A stretch of DNA of 32,677 nt from Burkholderiales bacterium (GTDB lineage: Bacteria; Pseudomonadota; Gammaproteobacteria; Burkholderiales; Burkholderiaceae_C): NCBI GenBank assembly GCA_038242795.1, contig JBBSRS010000001.1:1-32677 (forward strand). Reading direction: 5' to 3'. Under the pieces are notes generated by a model. It did no database searches. It was not told the DNA's origin and saw nothing but the letters and a program-made list of their open reading frames with translations. The translations under genes and the position numbers were made by a program. Below are positions 17,672-26,945 of this stretch, one piece after another (position 1 is the first letter of the stretch; each line of letters begins with the position of its first letter).

Positions 17672-18219
17672 GAACTGCTCGACAAGCGCTTGCCTTGACC
17701 ATGGCTTGCAGCCTGCTTTTCCTGGCCGCCTGCGGGTCATCGGACCAAGAAGAGCTGCAGCAATGGATGAGCGCCCAGCGCGACATCACCCGGCCCAAAG
17801 TCGTGCCTTTGCAGCCGCCGACCAAATTCACGCCGCAAACGTATGGGCAGGAAGGTTCGATCGAGCCATTCAGCAACCAGAAATTGGTGCAGGCGCTCAA
17901 ACGTGATTCCAGCCAGGCAACGTCCAATGCAGCGCTGATCACACCGGAACTAAGCCGGCGCAAGGAGCCGCTGGAGGCAACGCCCCTGGACAGCGTGGCC
18001 ATGGTCGGCAGCCTGACAAAAGCCGGGCAGCCCGTGGCGCTGGTGCGTGTCGACAACCTGATTTACCAAGTACGCGTGGGGAATTATCTGGGCCAGAACT
18101 ATGGCCGTATTACTTCCGTGACCGAAGCCAGTGTGGTGTTGCGTGAAATCGTGCAGGACGCAGCAGGCGAGTGGACAGAGCGGCCAGCGACATTACAGCT
18201 TCTAGAGGAAAAGAAATGA
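17668..18219 (+). CDS. pilP: Type IV pilus assembly lipoprotein PilP
   Basis: Lipobox LAAC, RRKEPLE, MVGSL, GNYLGQNYGRI. Confidence 0.95.
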   Translation: MRTARQALALTMACSLLFLAACGSSDQEELQQWMSAQRDITRPKVVPLQPPTKFTPQTYGQEGSIEPFSNQKLVQALKRDSSQATSNAALITPELSRRKEPLEATPLDSVAMVGSLTKAGQPVALVRVDNLIYQVRVGNYLGQNYGRITSVTEASVVLREIVQDAAGEWTERPATLQLLEEKK

Positions 18220-20354
18220 ACAAGCAGACAGCGGAATTGGCAGTGAAGGCGGGTGCGCAAGAAAGTCTGCCACGTTTGCTTGGGCGCATCGTGCGCCGCG
18301 CATTGTTGGGCGTGATGGTGGTGGTCGGGAGCCTGCCCGTGTTGGCAAGGGCAGAAAATTCCATCCAGTCGGTGTCCGGCTCGGTTCAGGGCGGCTCGGA
18401 AGTGATCCGCATTGAACTGGCCGAACCGCTGGCCAGCGTTCCCACCGGTTTCAGCATTCAGGCGCCTGCGCGTATCGCCCTTGACTTTCAGGGCGTCAGC
18501 AATTCACTGGGCCGTTCGGCGATTGACATCAACCTGGGCAACATGCGCTCGGCCAACGTGATCCAGGCCGGCGAGCGTACCCGCGTGGTGCTCAACCTGA
18601 AAACGCCAACGGCTTACAAGGCCGAGTTGCAAGGCAAATCCTTGCTGATCATTCTGGATTCGCAGGCCGCGGCCGTGCCTTCGGTGGCCGCAGCCCCGGT
18701 GTTTGCCGAAAGCCGCAACCGCGACACGCTGCCGTTGAAGGATATTGATTTCCGGCGCGGTCCCAACAACTCGGGCCGCATCGTGGTCGCCCTGCCGAAC
18801 AACGAAGTCGGTGTGGACATTCGCCAGCAAGGCAAGACCGTGGTGGTGGAATTCCTGAAAACTGCCCTGCCCGAAGGGCTGCGCCGCCGGCTCGATGTCA
18901 CCGATTTCGGAACCCCGGTGCAAACCGTGACCACCTCGCAGGTGGGCGACAAGGTTCGCATGGTGGTGGAACCTACCGGCCAGTGGGAGCAAAGCGCCTA
19001 CCAGAGCGACAACCAGTTTGTGCTGGAAGTGCGCCCGCAAAAGGTGGACCCTGAGAAGCTGACCCAGGGAACGGGCTTCAATGGCGAAAAGCTGTCGCTC
19101 AATTTCCAGAACATCGAAATCCGCTCATTGCTGCAGGTGATTGCCGACTTCACCAACTTCAACGTGGTCACTTCGGACACGGTCACCGGATCGGTCACCT
19201 TGCGCCTGAAAGACGTGCCCTGGGACCAGGCGCTGGACATCATCCTGCAGGCCAAGGGGTTGGGCATGCGCAAGACCGGCAATGTGCTGCTGATTGCCCC
19301 CAAGGACGAACTTGCCGCCAAGGACAAACAGGAACTGGAGGCCCGGGTGGCAATTCAGGGCCTGGAAGCGGTGCGCACGCAGTCGTTCCAGATCAACTAC
19401 GCCAAGGCCAGTGAAATTGCCGCGCAGATTTCCGCTGGCGGCGCGGGCGCCACCACCGCGCGAATACTGTCCAGCCGGGGCAGCGTGATTGCCGAGCCGC
19501 GAACCAACCAGTTGTTCGTCACCGACATTCCTTCCCGGCTGGAGCAGGTGCAAAGCCTGATTGGCAAGCTGGACATTGCCGTGCGGCAGGTGCTGATCGA
19601 AGCGCGCATCGTCGAGGCGTCCGACACATTTGGCCGGTCTTTGGGTGTGCGGCTGGGCGGCGGCATGATCGGTGCAGCCGGTGCCTTGTCCAATGGCAAC
19701 ACCAATGTCACCTTGGGTACCAACTACAACGCGACGGCTGCCGATACCAGTGGAAATTTCGTCAGCTTTCCTGCGTCAACGCTGGGTGTGGCCAACAACG
19801 CTGCCTCGTTTGCGGTGTCGATTTTCAATGCTGCGGCCAACCGGTTTCTGAACCTGGAACTGTCTGCACTGGAAGCCGATGGCAAGGGCAAAATTGTTTC
19901 CAGTCCGCGCGTGGTCACGGCCGACCAGGTCAAGGCGCTGATCGAGCAAGGCACCGAATTTCCTTACCAGACCGCCACTTCCAGCGGCGCCACCTCACTG
20001 GCCTTTCGCAAGGCCAACCTGAAACTCGAAGTCACGCCGCAGATCACGCCCGAAGGCAACATCATCCTGGACCTGGACGTGAACAAGGACAGCCGCGGCG
20101 AAACCACCGCCGCCGGCATCGCGATCGACACCAAGCACATCCAGACCCAGGTGCTGGTCGAAAACGGCGGCACGGTGGTGATTGGCGGCATCTTCACGCT
20201 GGAAGAAACGAACAATGAAACCAAGGTTCCGCTGCTGGGCGATGTGCCTTACCTGGGCAACCTGTTCAAGAGCCGCGAACGGACGTCCCGGAAGCAGGAA
20301 ATGCTGGTGTTCATCACGCCGAAGATGATCACGGACCGTGCTGCGGCGCGGTGA
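18216..20354 (+). CDS. pilQ: Type IV pilus secretin PilQ
   Basis: AMIN domains (PARIALDF, DIDFRRG), KLSLNFQ, VPWDQALD, QVLIEARIVEA, secretin signature KVPLLGDVPYLGNLF. ATGA overlap with pilP. Confidence 0.96.
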   Translation: MNKQTAELAVKAGAQESLPRLLGRIVRRALLGVMVVVGSLPVLARAENSIQSVSGSVQGGSEVIRIELAEPLASVPTGFSIQAPARIALDFQGVSNSLGRSAIDINLGNMRSANVIQAGERTRVVLNLKTPTAYKAELQGKSLLIILDSQAAAVPSVAAAPVFAESRNRDTLPLKDIDFRRGPNNSGRIVVALPNNEVGVDIRQQGKTVVVEFLKTALPEGLRRRLDVTDFGTPVQTVTTSQVGDKVRMVVEPTGQWEQSAYQSDNQFVLEVRPQKVDPEKLTQGTGFNGEKLSLNFQNIEIRSLLQVIADFTNFNVVTSDTVTGSVTLRLKDVPWDQALDIILQAKGLGMRKTGNVLLIAPKDELAAKDKQELEARVAIQGLEAVRTQSFQINYAKASEIAAQISAGGAGATTARILSSRGSVIAEPRTNQLFVTDIPSRLEQVQSLIGKLDIAVRQVLIEARIVEASDTFGRSLGVRLGGGMIGAAGALSNGNTNVTLGTNYNATAADTSGNFVSFPASTLGVANNAASFAVSIFNAAANRFLNLELSALEADGKGKIVSSPRVVTADQVKALIEQGTEFPYQTATSSGATSLAFRKANLKLEVTPQITPEGNIILDLDVNKDSRGETTAAGIAIDTKHIQTQVLVENGGTVVIGGIFTLEETNNETKVPLLGDVPYLGNLFKSRERTSRKQEMLVFITPKMITDRAAAR

Positions 20355-20394
20355 TTCGGGTAGAAATTATTCTCTGCAAGTTTGGAAAAATGAC

Positions 20395-22473
20395 ATGACG
20401 TTTTCGAAATATTTACTGGTCAGTGCTATGGCGATGACTTTGGCAGCCTGCGGAGGCGGGGGAGGAAGCTCGAGTACAGCTACCGGTACGGGAACCGTTC
20501 CGGGGACTGGATCCGGTGTCACTACACCAGCTGTAGTGGCAGCTCCGACAATTTCGTTATCACTGGTTGATGCAAGCGGAAATGAAGTTACCAATCATTT
20601 GTTGTCGCAAACACAGCCACAATTTCTCAAAATCTTGGTAAAGGAAAGTTCTGGTTCTGCTGCCGCCTATACACGCGTTACTGTAACGCTCGGCTCGCCT
20701 CTGGCTGTTCTTGTGCCGAACGTAACATCACAGCTGACCGATGCGACTGGCTCATTACAAGTGCGTATTGCACCTGCAGATGTCACATCATCTGGCGCTG
20801 TACAAGTGACTGCTGCAGCCATGGTAGAGGCAGTATCTTTAACCCAAACTTACGACCTTCAGATAACACCTGGCACAGTCAGTTTGTCCAATCTGTCTGT
20901 TTCCTCATTAACTGTTCAAAAAGGGCAGTCTGTCAACGTGGGTGTTGACGTGAAGGTCAACGGCGTAGCTGCCACGTCAAACTCAGTAGCTGTGACTTTT
21001 TCTACCGGTTGCGGAACGGTGTCTCCTTCCCCTGCGCTGGTTGATGCAAGTGGTCGTGCAATGGCTGTTATTCAAACCAGCAATACAGGTTCCTGCGTGG
21101 TCAGTGCTTCATCTTCAGGCATTTCATCGCAGCCCGTTTCTTATACAGTAACTGCACCTCCAATAGCAGGTCTTCAGTTTGTAAGTGCAACGCCTAACTT
21201 AATTTACCAAAAAGGCTCGACAGGCGCGAATACGTCAATTGTAAATTTTATGGTAATTGATTCAGTGGGTGCTGCTGTGACAACAGGGGTCAAAGTCAAT
21301 GCCAGTCTGACAAATGCAGATGGTGGGATTAACTTTTGCGGATCGCCTTCATCTATTACATCCGGCTCTGACGGAATTGCGTCATTTTCCATTTGCGGTG
21401 GAACTTTGCCTACGACAGTGCAGGTGACTGCTACGCTAGATCCTCCCAATGCCGGAATATTCACGTCATCGAATCTTTTGACCGTGCAAACTGGTTTGCC
21501 TACTCAGCGTTTTTTCGACATTGCAGCTACAAAATTTAATTTTTACGCAGGTGGATACTTCACCAGCAAATTCAATAGTGATAGCGTTGACATCACCGTC
21601 AATGCCGCAGATCGTCAAGGAAATCCGGTACCAGATGGAACGAAGATCGTTTTCGTCAGCGAAGGTGGGCAGATAAATTCAAGCGGCCAAAGCAGTTGCC
21701 TTATAAGTGGCGGAGCTTGCTCTGTGAAACTGATTGGCCAGGATTATCGTCCCATGGGCTCAACGGCTGCAGGCGGTGATCCTCGGCCCGGTCGTGTGAC
21801 CGTATTGGCTTATGCCGATGGTGAAGAATATTTCATTGACAAACAAGACGCCATCACGGGTATTTACAACAACCGCTACGATGCTGGCGAACTTTTCGAA
21901 GACATTGGATCGCCTTACATCGATAAGGATGAGAGCGGTGTATTTGTTTCTTCATACAAAAACTTGATCACTGATACTGATGATGGCGAAACCTTTTATC
22001 CAATGCCTGCTGGTTCAACGGGTAACACTGTTTGTCCGACTAACTCCAATGCAGGACTTTCTGTTGGAGCAACTTGCAATGGGAAATGGGATGGCCAAAC
22101 CAAAGTTCGTCGCCAGATTGTGATTGTGTTTTCCGGTGGCGAGATTGGCCAGCCAAGTGCTTATGATTCAACAATACCTGGTAAATATCGGACACAAGTG
22201 CTCTTTAAATCCAAGGCTGTCATCACGGTGCAACTGGCTGACTATGACGGCAACCCCCTTCCCGCAGATACAGCTTTGAGTGTTGCTGTGATTCCCAACA
22301 GTAGCGACTGCAAGGTAACGCTGGAAGGAACCCAAATTGGAAGCACGACGGAGCCTAGTATTCACCAAGCTAGTCTTGAGACTTGTTCAACGGGCGATAT
22401 TGTCAGGTTCAAGGCCAGCGTAACTGGTGGCAGTGGTACAAAAGAAAGTTCGTTTGATGTAACGGTACCCTGA
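20395..22473 (+). CDS. Low-GC outer-membrane/surface lipoprotein with predicted tandem Ig-like (invasin/Big-type) domains, 692 aa
   Basis: Signal MTFSKYLLVSAMAMTLAAC (lipobox), G/S/T linker, Ser/Thr/Val-rich beta repeats (TDATG, VDASG, DRQGNPVPDGT, DYDGNPLP), ten further Cys, many A/T-ending codons. The ORF is clear; the domain call is by pattern only. Confidence 0.8.
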   Translation: MTFSKYLLVSAMAMTLAACGGGGGSSSTATGTGTVPGTGSGVTTPAVVAAPTISLSLVDASGNEVTNHLLSQTQPQFLKILVKESSGSAAAYTRVTVTLGSPLAVLVPNVTSQLTDATGSLQVRIAPADVTSSGAVQVTAAAMVEAVSLTQTYDLQITPGTVSLSNLSVSSLTVQKGQSVNVGVDVKVNGVAATSNSVAVTFSTGCGTVSPSPALVDASGRAMAVIQTSNTGSCVVSASSSGISSQPVSYTVTAPPIAGLQFVSATPNLIYQKGSTGANTSIVNFMVIDSVGAAVTTGVKVNASLTNADGGINFCGSPSSITSGSDGIASFSICGGTLPTTVQVTATLDPPNAGIFTSSNLLTVQTGLPTQRFFDIAATKFNFYAGGYFTSKFNSDSVDITVNAADRQGNPVPDGTKIVFVSEGGQINSSGQSSCLISGGACSVKLIGQDYRPMGSTAAGGDPRPGRVTVLAYADGEEYFIDKQDAITGIYNNRYDAGELFEDIGSPYIDKDESGVFVSSYKNLITDTDDGETFYPMPAGSTGNTVCPTNSNAGLSVGATCNGKWDGQTKVRRQIVIVFSGGEIGQPSAYDSTIPGKYRTQVLFKSKAVITVQLADYDGNPLPADTALSVAVIPNSSDCKVTLEGTQIGSTTEPSIHQASLETCSTGDIVRFKASVTGGSGTKESSFDVTVP

Positions 22474-22486
22474 TAGGAATTTTTGA

Positions 22487-23038
22487 GTGCAAGCAATTTT
22501 CACGAGTGCACACGCCTGTGTGAGCCTCGTCGGCCTCCCCGGCTCCGGTAAATCCACTGTCGGGCGCCAACTCGCCCGGCGGTTGCAGCTGTCCTTTCTC
22601 GACTCCGACCATGTCATCGAGGAGCGGCTCGGCTGTTCCATTCGGGACTACTTCGAGCGGGAAGGGGAGGTCAGCTTCCGCGACGTCGAGGAATCGGTGA
22701 TAAGCGAATTGACCCTGCAGGCGAACGGGGTGCTTTCGACGGGTGGCGGGTCGGTGCTGCGCCCTTCCAATCGCCAGCACCTGCATGAACGGGGGCATGT
22801 GGTGTACCTGCGTTCTTCACCCGAAGAAATCTTTCGCCGCCTGCGCCACGACATCAATCGTCCCCTGCTGCAGGTTGCCGATCCCCTCGGCCGCCTGCGC
22901 GACCTGTACACGCAGCGCGACCCGCTGTACCGTGAAACCGCGCATTTCGTCATCGAGACCGGTCGCCCGTCGGTGTCCACCCTGGTCAACATGATCGCCA
23001 TGCAGCTTGAACTGGCCGGCATCGTTCCCGGGTCTTGA
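22487..23038 (+). CDS. aroK: Shikimate kinase
   Basis: Walker [39 protein letters not shown] start with AGGA upstream. Confidence 0.95.
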   Translation: MQAIFTSAHACVSLVGLPGSGKSTVGRQLARRLQLSFLDSDHVIEERLGCSIRDYFEREGEVSFRDVEESVISELTLQANGVLSTGGGSVLRPSNRQHLHERGHVVYLRSSPEEIFRRLRHDINRPLLQVADPLGRLRDLYTQRDPLYRETAHFVIETGRPSVSTLVNMIAMQLELAGIVPGS

Positions 23039-23127
23039 GGCCGCGACACATAGCCCCATTGACCGTCAGCCCTGCCTGGAACGGTACTCGGTCCACACGG
23101 CCCGAAAAGTGCCTCTACACTTCGGTG

Positions 23128-24249
23128 ATGCACGCAAATCCTCCTTTTTCTCCCACCGCGGCGCAGGTCCGGATCAACCTCGCCGAGCGCAGCTACCCCA
23201 TCGTGATCGGCACCGGTTTGCTGGGCCTGGCGTCAACGTACCAGCACCTTCCCAAGGCCGCAACGGCGCTGGTGGTGACCAACACGACGGTGGCGCCTTT
23301 GTATGCGGCGCAACTGATCGAAGCCCTGCACGCGCACTATGCCCGGGTGCTGCGGGTGACGCTGCCCGATGGCGAGGCGCACACGGACTGGCCGACGCTG
23401 CAACTGATTTTTGATGCGCTGCTGGAAAACGGCTGCGACCGCAAGACCGTGCTGTTTGCATTGGGCGGTGGCGTGGTCGGCGACATGACCGGCTTTGCCG
23501 CCGCCAGCTACATGCGCGGCGTGCCGTTTGTGCAGGTGCCGACGACGCTGCTGGCGCAGGTGGACTCGTCGGTCGGCGGCAAGACCGCCATCAACCACCC
23601 GCTGGGCAAGAACATGGTTGGCGCGTTCTACCAGCCGCAACTCGTGGTCTGCGACCTGGACGCGCTCAAGACCTTGCCTGACCGGGAACTGAGCGCCGGC
23701 CTGGCCGAGGTCATCAAGTACGGGCCGATTGCCGACATGGAATTCCTGGGCTGGCTGGAAGCGAACCTCGATGCGCTGCGGGCCAAGGAGCCCGCCGCGC
23801 TGGCGCATGCGATTCAGCGCAGCTGCGAGATCAAGGCCTGGGTCGTCGGGCAGGACGAGCGCGAGTCGGGCCTGCGGGCGATTTTGAATTTCGGCCACAC
23901 CTTTGGCCACGCAATCGAATCCGGCCTGGGCTACGGCGAGTGGCTGCACGGCGAGGGCGTGGGTTGCGGCATGGTGATGGCCGCGCATCTGTCGCAGCGG
24001 CTGGGCCGGGTGGAGGCGGCTTTCGTCCGTCGCTTGAGCACGCTGATCGAGCGCGCCGGGCTGCCGGTCAAGGGGCCGGTGCTGTGCAGCGCCGACAACA
24101 CCGGCCGCTACCTCGACCTGATGCGCGTGGACAAGAAATCCGAAGCCGGCGAGATTCGTTTCGTGGTGATCGATGGCCCCGGCAAGGCGGCGGTGTGCGC
24201 CGCGCCCGATGCGCTGGTGCGCGAAGTCATTGACCTCTGCTGTGCCTGA
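23128..24249 (+). CDS. aroB: 3-dehydroquinate synthase
   Basis: [46 protein letters not shown]. Start trimmed to ATG 23128. Confidence 0.96.
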   Translation: MHANPPFSPTAAQVRINLAERSYPIVIGTGLLGLASTYQHLPKAATALVVTNTTVAPLYAAQLIEALHAHYARVLRVTLPDGEAHTDWPTLQLIFDALLENGCDRKTVLFALGGGVVGDMTGFAAASYMRGVPFVQVPTTLLAQVDSSVGGKTAINHPLGKNMVGAFYQPQLVVCDLDALKTLPDRELSAGLAEVIKYGPIADMEFLGWLEANLDALRAKEPAALAHAIQRSCEIKAWVVGQDERESGLRAILNFGHTFGHAIESGLGYGEWLHGEGVGCGMVMAAHLSQRLGRVEAAFVRRLSTLIERAGLPVKGPVLCSADNTGRYLDLMRVDKKSEAGEIRFVVIDGPGKAAVCAAPDALVREVIDLCCA

Positions 24250-24267
24250 TCAACAGATCATGCGCTT

Positions 24268-24332
24268 CACTATGAAATTAATAGCTGTTTGTGCCCGTGG
24301 ATCATGCGCAATTGGCCTTTTTGATGCATAAA
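24268..24332 (+). repeat. 65-bp dispersed intergenic element, copy 4 (most diverged)
   Basis: CACTATGAAATTAATAGCTGTTTGTGCCCGTGGATCATGCGCAATTGGCCTTTTTGATGCATAAA; shares ATAGCTG, GCCCGTGGA and GCGC with copy 3 at identical offsets. Confidence 0.8.
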
Positions 24333-24334
24333 CC

Positions 24335-25543
24335 ATGACTCTGGCTGCCTACGCCTGTGATCCGGCCCAGTCGCGCGGCCGCCGCATTCCCGAGCCGGTC
24401 GCGCCGACGCGCTCGGACTTCCAGCGCGACCGGGATCGGATCGTGCATTCGACCGCCTTTCGCCGGCTGGTCTACAAGACCCAGGTGTTTCTGAACCACG
24501 AGGGCGACCTGTTTCGCACCCGGCTGACGCATTCGCTGGAAGTCGCTCAGTTGGGCCGCTCCATCGCCCGCACCCTGCAGTTCAATGAAGACCTGGTCGA
24601 GGCGATTGCCCTGGCGCACGACCTGGGCCACACGCCGTTCGGCCATGCCGGCCAGGATGCGCTGAATGCCTGCCTGAAAAACTTCAACCCGAGCAGCGCG
24701 GGTTTCGAGCACAATCTGCAAAGCCTGCGCGTCGTCGATGCGCTGGAAGAGCGTTACCCGGACTACGACGGCCTGAACCTGACGTTCGAGACGCGCGAGG
24801 GCATTTTGAAGCACTGCTCGAAACGCAACGCCCGGCATATAGAGGCCAGAGAGCCGGGCGGCGTGGCGCGCCGGTTTGTTGACCCACCCGGCATGGAGCC
24901 GGCCTGGCGGCAACCCAGCCTGGAAGCGCAACTGGCGAACCTGGCCGATGAAATCGCCTACAACGCCCACGACATGGACGACGGCGTGCGCTCTGGCCTG
25001 CTGAGCCTGGAGCAGCTGGAAGACGTGCCGCTCTTCAGCCGCTACCGGCGTGAAACGCTGGCCGACTACCCCCGGCTGCAAGGCCGCCGCCTGCTGTTTG
25101 AAACCATACGGCGCATGCTCAGCGCCCAGGTTTACGATGTCATCGATGCCACCGGGCGGGCGCTTGCGCAGGCTGCGCCGGCCGATGTCCAGGCGGTTCG
25201 CCAGCACGCGGGTCTGGTCTGTTTTTCTGATGAAATGGCCTTGCAGTCCACGTCCCTCAAGCGCTTCCTGCTACAAAATCTATACCGCCATCCGCAGGTG
25301 GTGCAGACCACGCAGGCGGCCCAGCAGGTGGTGCGCGATTTGTTCGGGGTCTACATGGCCGACCCGGCGCAGATGCCGCAGGCACATATCGAGCGCTTCG
25401 ACCGCTTTGACGACAACGACAGTCTGCAGGCCGCCAGTGCAAAACCCGAACGCGTGGTGGCCGACTACATCGCCGGCATGACCGACCGCTTTGCCGGCAA
25501 AGAGCATGAGCGGCTCATGGGCCATGCGGTTTTTCCGGCCTGA
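24335..25543 (+). CDS. dgt: Deoxyguanosinetriphosphate triphosphohydrolase (HD family)
   Basis: FQRDRDRIVHS, FRRL.YKTQV, RTRLTHSLEV, AHDLGHTPFGH, ADEIAY..HD, DYIAGMTD. Confidence 0.94.
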   Translation: MTLAAYACDPAQSRGRRIPEPVAPTRSDFQRDRDRIVHSTAFRRLVYKTQVFLNHEGDLFRTRLTHSLEVAQLGRSIARTLQFNEDLVEAIALAHDLGHTPFGHAGQDALNACLKNFNPSSAGFEHNLQSLRVVDALEERYPDYDGLNLTFETREGILKHCSKRNARHIEAREPGGVARRFVDPPGMEPAWRQPSLEAQLANLADEIAYNAHDMDDGVRSGLLSLEQLEDVPLFSRYRRETLADYPRLQGRRLLFETIRRMLSAQVYDVIDATGRALAQAAPADVQAVRQHAGLVCFSDEMALQSTSLKRFLLQNLYRHPQVVQTTQAAQQVVRDLFGVYMADPAQMPQAHIERFDRFDDNDSLQAASAKPERVVADYIAGMTDRFAGKEHERLMGHAVFPA

Positions 25544-25552
25544 TTTGTCTGG

Positions 25553-26809
25553 TTGACCGTGAGCACCCTGACCCTTGATGCCGCCCACGAGTTGCGCGCT
25601 GCCCGCTATGTGATTGCGGCGGGCGTGGTGGCCGCGCTGCATGTCGGCAAGCTGCCGCCAGCCTTGCCGGTGCTTCGCGAGGTGCTGGGTATTTCGCTGT
25701 TGCAAGCCGGGTTTTTACTCTCGCTGGTGCAACTGGCCGGCATGACGCTCGGTCTGCTCACCGGACTGGCAGCGCAGCGCGTCGGCCTCGAGCGCAGCAT
25801 GGTCGCGGGGCTGGTGGTGCTGGGGTGCGCGAGTGCGCTGGGCGGATTCGCAAACAGTGCCACCTGGTTGCTGGCCACGCGTGCGCTGGAAGGCCTGGGA
25901 TTTTTGTGGGTGGTGCTGCCCGCGCCCGGACTGGTGCGCCGGCTGGTTCCGCCCGAACGCCTCAACGGCATGCTCGGCGTCTGGGGCGCCTACATGCCTT
26001 TTGGCACGTCGCTGGCCTTGCTGCTGGGGCCGTCGGTGATGCAGTTGGGCGTGCCGGCCTGGGGTTGGCGGATCTGGTGGTGGTTGCTGGGTGCGCTGGC
26101 CATCATGCTGGCGCTGCTCCTGCGCTGGCGCCTGCCGTCAGACCCGTCCCGTCAACGGCCAGCCGCCCAGGCAGCTCCAGGTGCGAAGCATGTTTCGAAC
26201 CGCAGACTGCTGGGCCTGACCCTGCGTTCGCGTGCCGTCTGGCTGCTGGCCCTGACCTTCGCCATGTATTCAGGTCAATGGCTGGCGGTGATCGGTTTTC
26301 TGCCTTCGATCTACGCGCAGTCGGGCTTGCCCGGCAACAGTGCTGCCTGGCTCACGGCGGGTGCGGCAGCGGTCAATATCGTGGGCAATTTGGCCGCTGG
26401 CCGCTCGCTCGGGCGCGGTGTTCCGCCGTTTGCGCTGCTGGCGGCCGGATTCCTTGCGATGGCGGGGGGCGCGTTGCTGGCGTTCGGGGCCACCGCGCAG
26501 CCGCCACTGCAATACGTCGGCGTGCTGCTGTTCTCGATGGTGGGCGGGCTGATCCCGGCAACCCTGTTCAGCCTGGCGATCAGGCTGGCGCCGAGCGTCG
26601 ACACCGTTTCGACCACGATAGGCTGGGTGCAGCAATTGTCGGCCTTGGGCCAGTTCGCCGGTCCGCCTTTGGTGGCCTGGGTGGCGGTGCAGGCCGGGGG
26701 CTGGCAGCTGACGGGCTGGGTCACCTCGGTGTGCTGCGCCGCCGGGCTGCTGCTGGCTTGGCAACTTCAACGCCTCGCGGCGCAGCCCTCAGGCCTGCTG
26801 CGGCAGTAG
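25553..26809 (+). CDS. MFS transporter (CynX/NimT-like)
   Basis: About 12 hydrophobic segments with a central loop, GKLPPALP, RALEGLG. Substrate unknown; start (TTG) uncertain. Confidence 0.85.
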   Translation: MTVSTLTLDAAHELRAARYVIAAGVVAALHVGKLPPALPVLREVLGISLLQAGFLLSLVQLAGMTLGLLTGLAAQRVGLERSMVAGLVVLGCASALGGFANSATWLLATRALEGLGFLWVVLPAPGLVRRLVPPERLNGMLGVWGAYMPFGTSLALLLGPSVMQLGVPAWGWRIWWWLLGALAIMLALLLRWRLPSDPSRQRPAAQAAPGAKHVSNRRLLGLTLRSRAVWLLALTFAMYSGQWLAVIGFLPSIYAQSGLPGNSAAWLTAGAAAVNIVGNLAAGRSLGRGVPPFALLAAGFLAMAGGALLAFGATAQPPLQYVGVLLFSMVGGLIPATLFSLAIRLAPSVDTVSTTIGWVQQLSALGQFAGPPLVAWVAVQAGGWQLTGWVTSVCCAAGLLLAWQLQRLAAQPSGLLRQ

Positions 26810-26878
26810 CGGATCTCGACCGTGGGCAGGGTCACCGGCAAGGTTCCAGCTTTCAAAACGGATACAAAAAATACCTTT

Positions 26879-26894
26879 TGTGACGATATTCAAA
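26879..26894. promoter_or_regulatory. CRP/FNR-family-like operator
   Basis: TGTGA-cgatat-TCAAA, one mismatch to TGTGA-N6-TCACA, in an AT-rich intergenic stretch about 50 bp upstream of the binding-protein gene. Confidence 0.35.
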
Positions 26895-26945
26895 TACCAT
26901 GCGTCACATGTCTGTTGGTCAACCTGCATCCCGAAAGGCCCTGTC

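Noticed and set aside
20355-22486. Prophage, genomic island or integron cassette explanation for the low-GC gene
   Set aside because: No integrase, tRNA, direct repeats or attC-like site is visible; it is a single gene with very short spacers.
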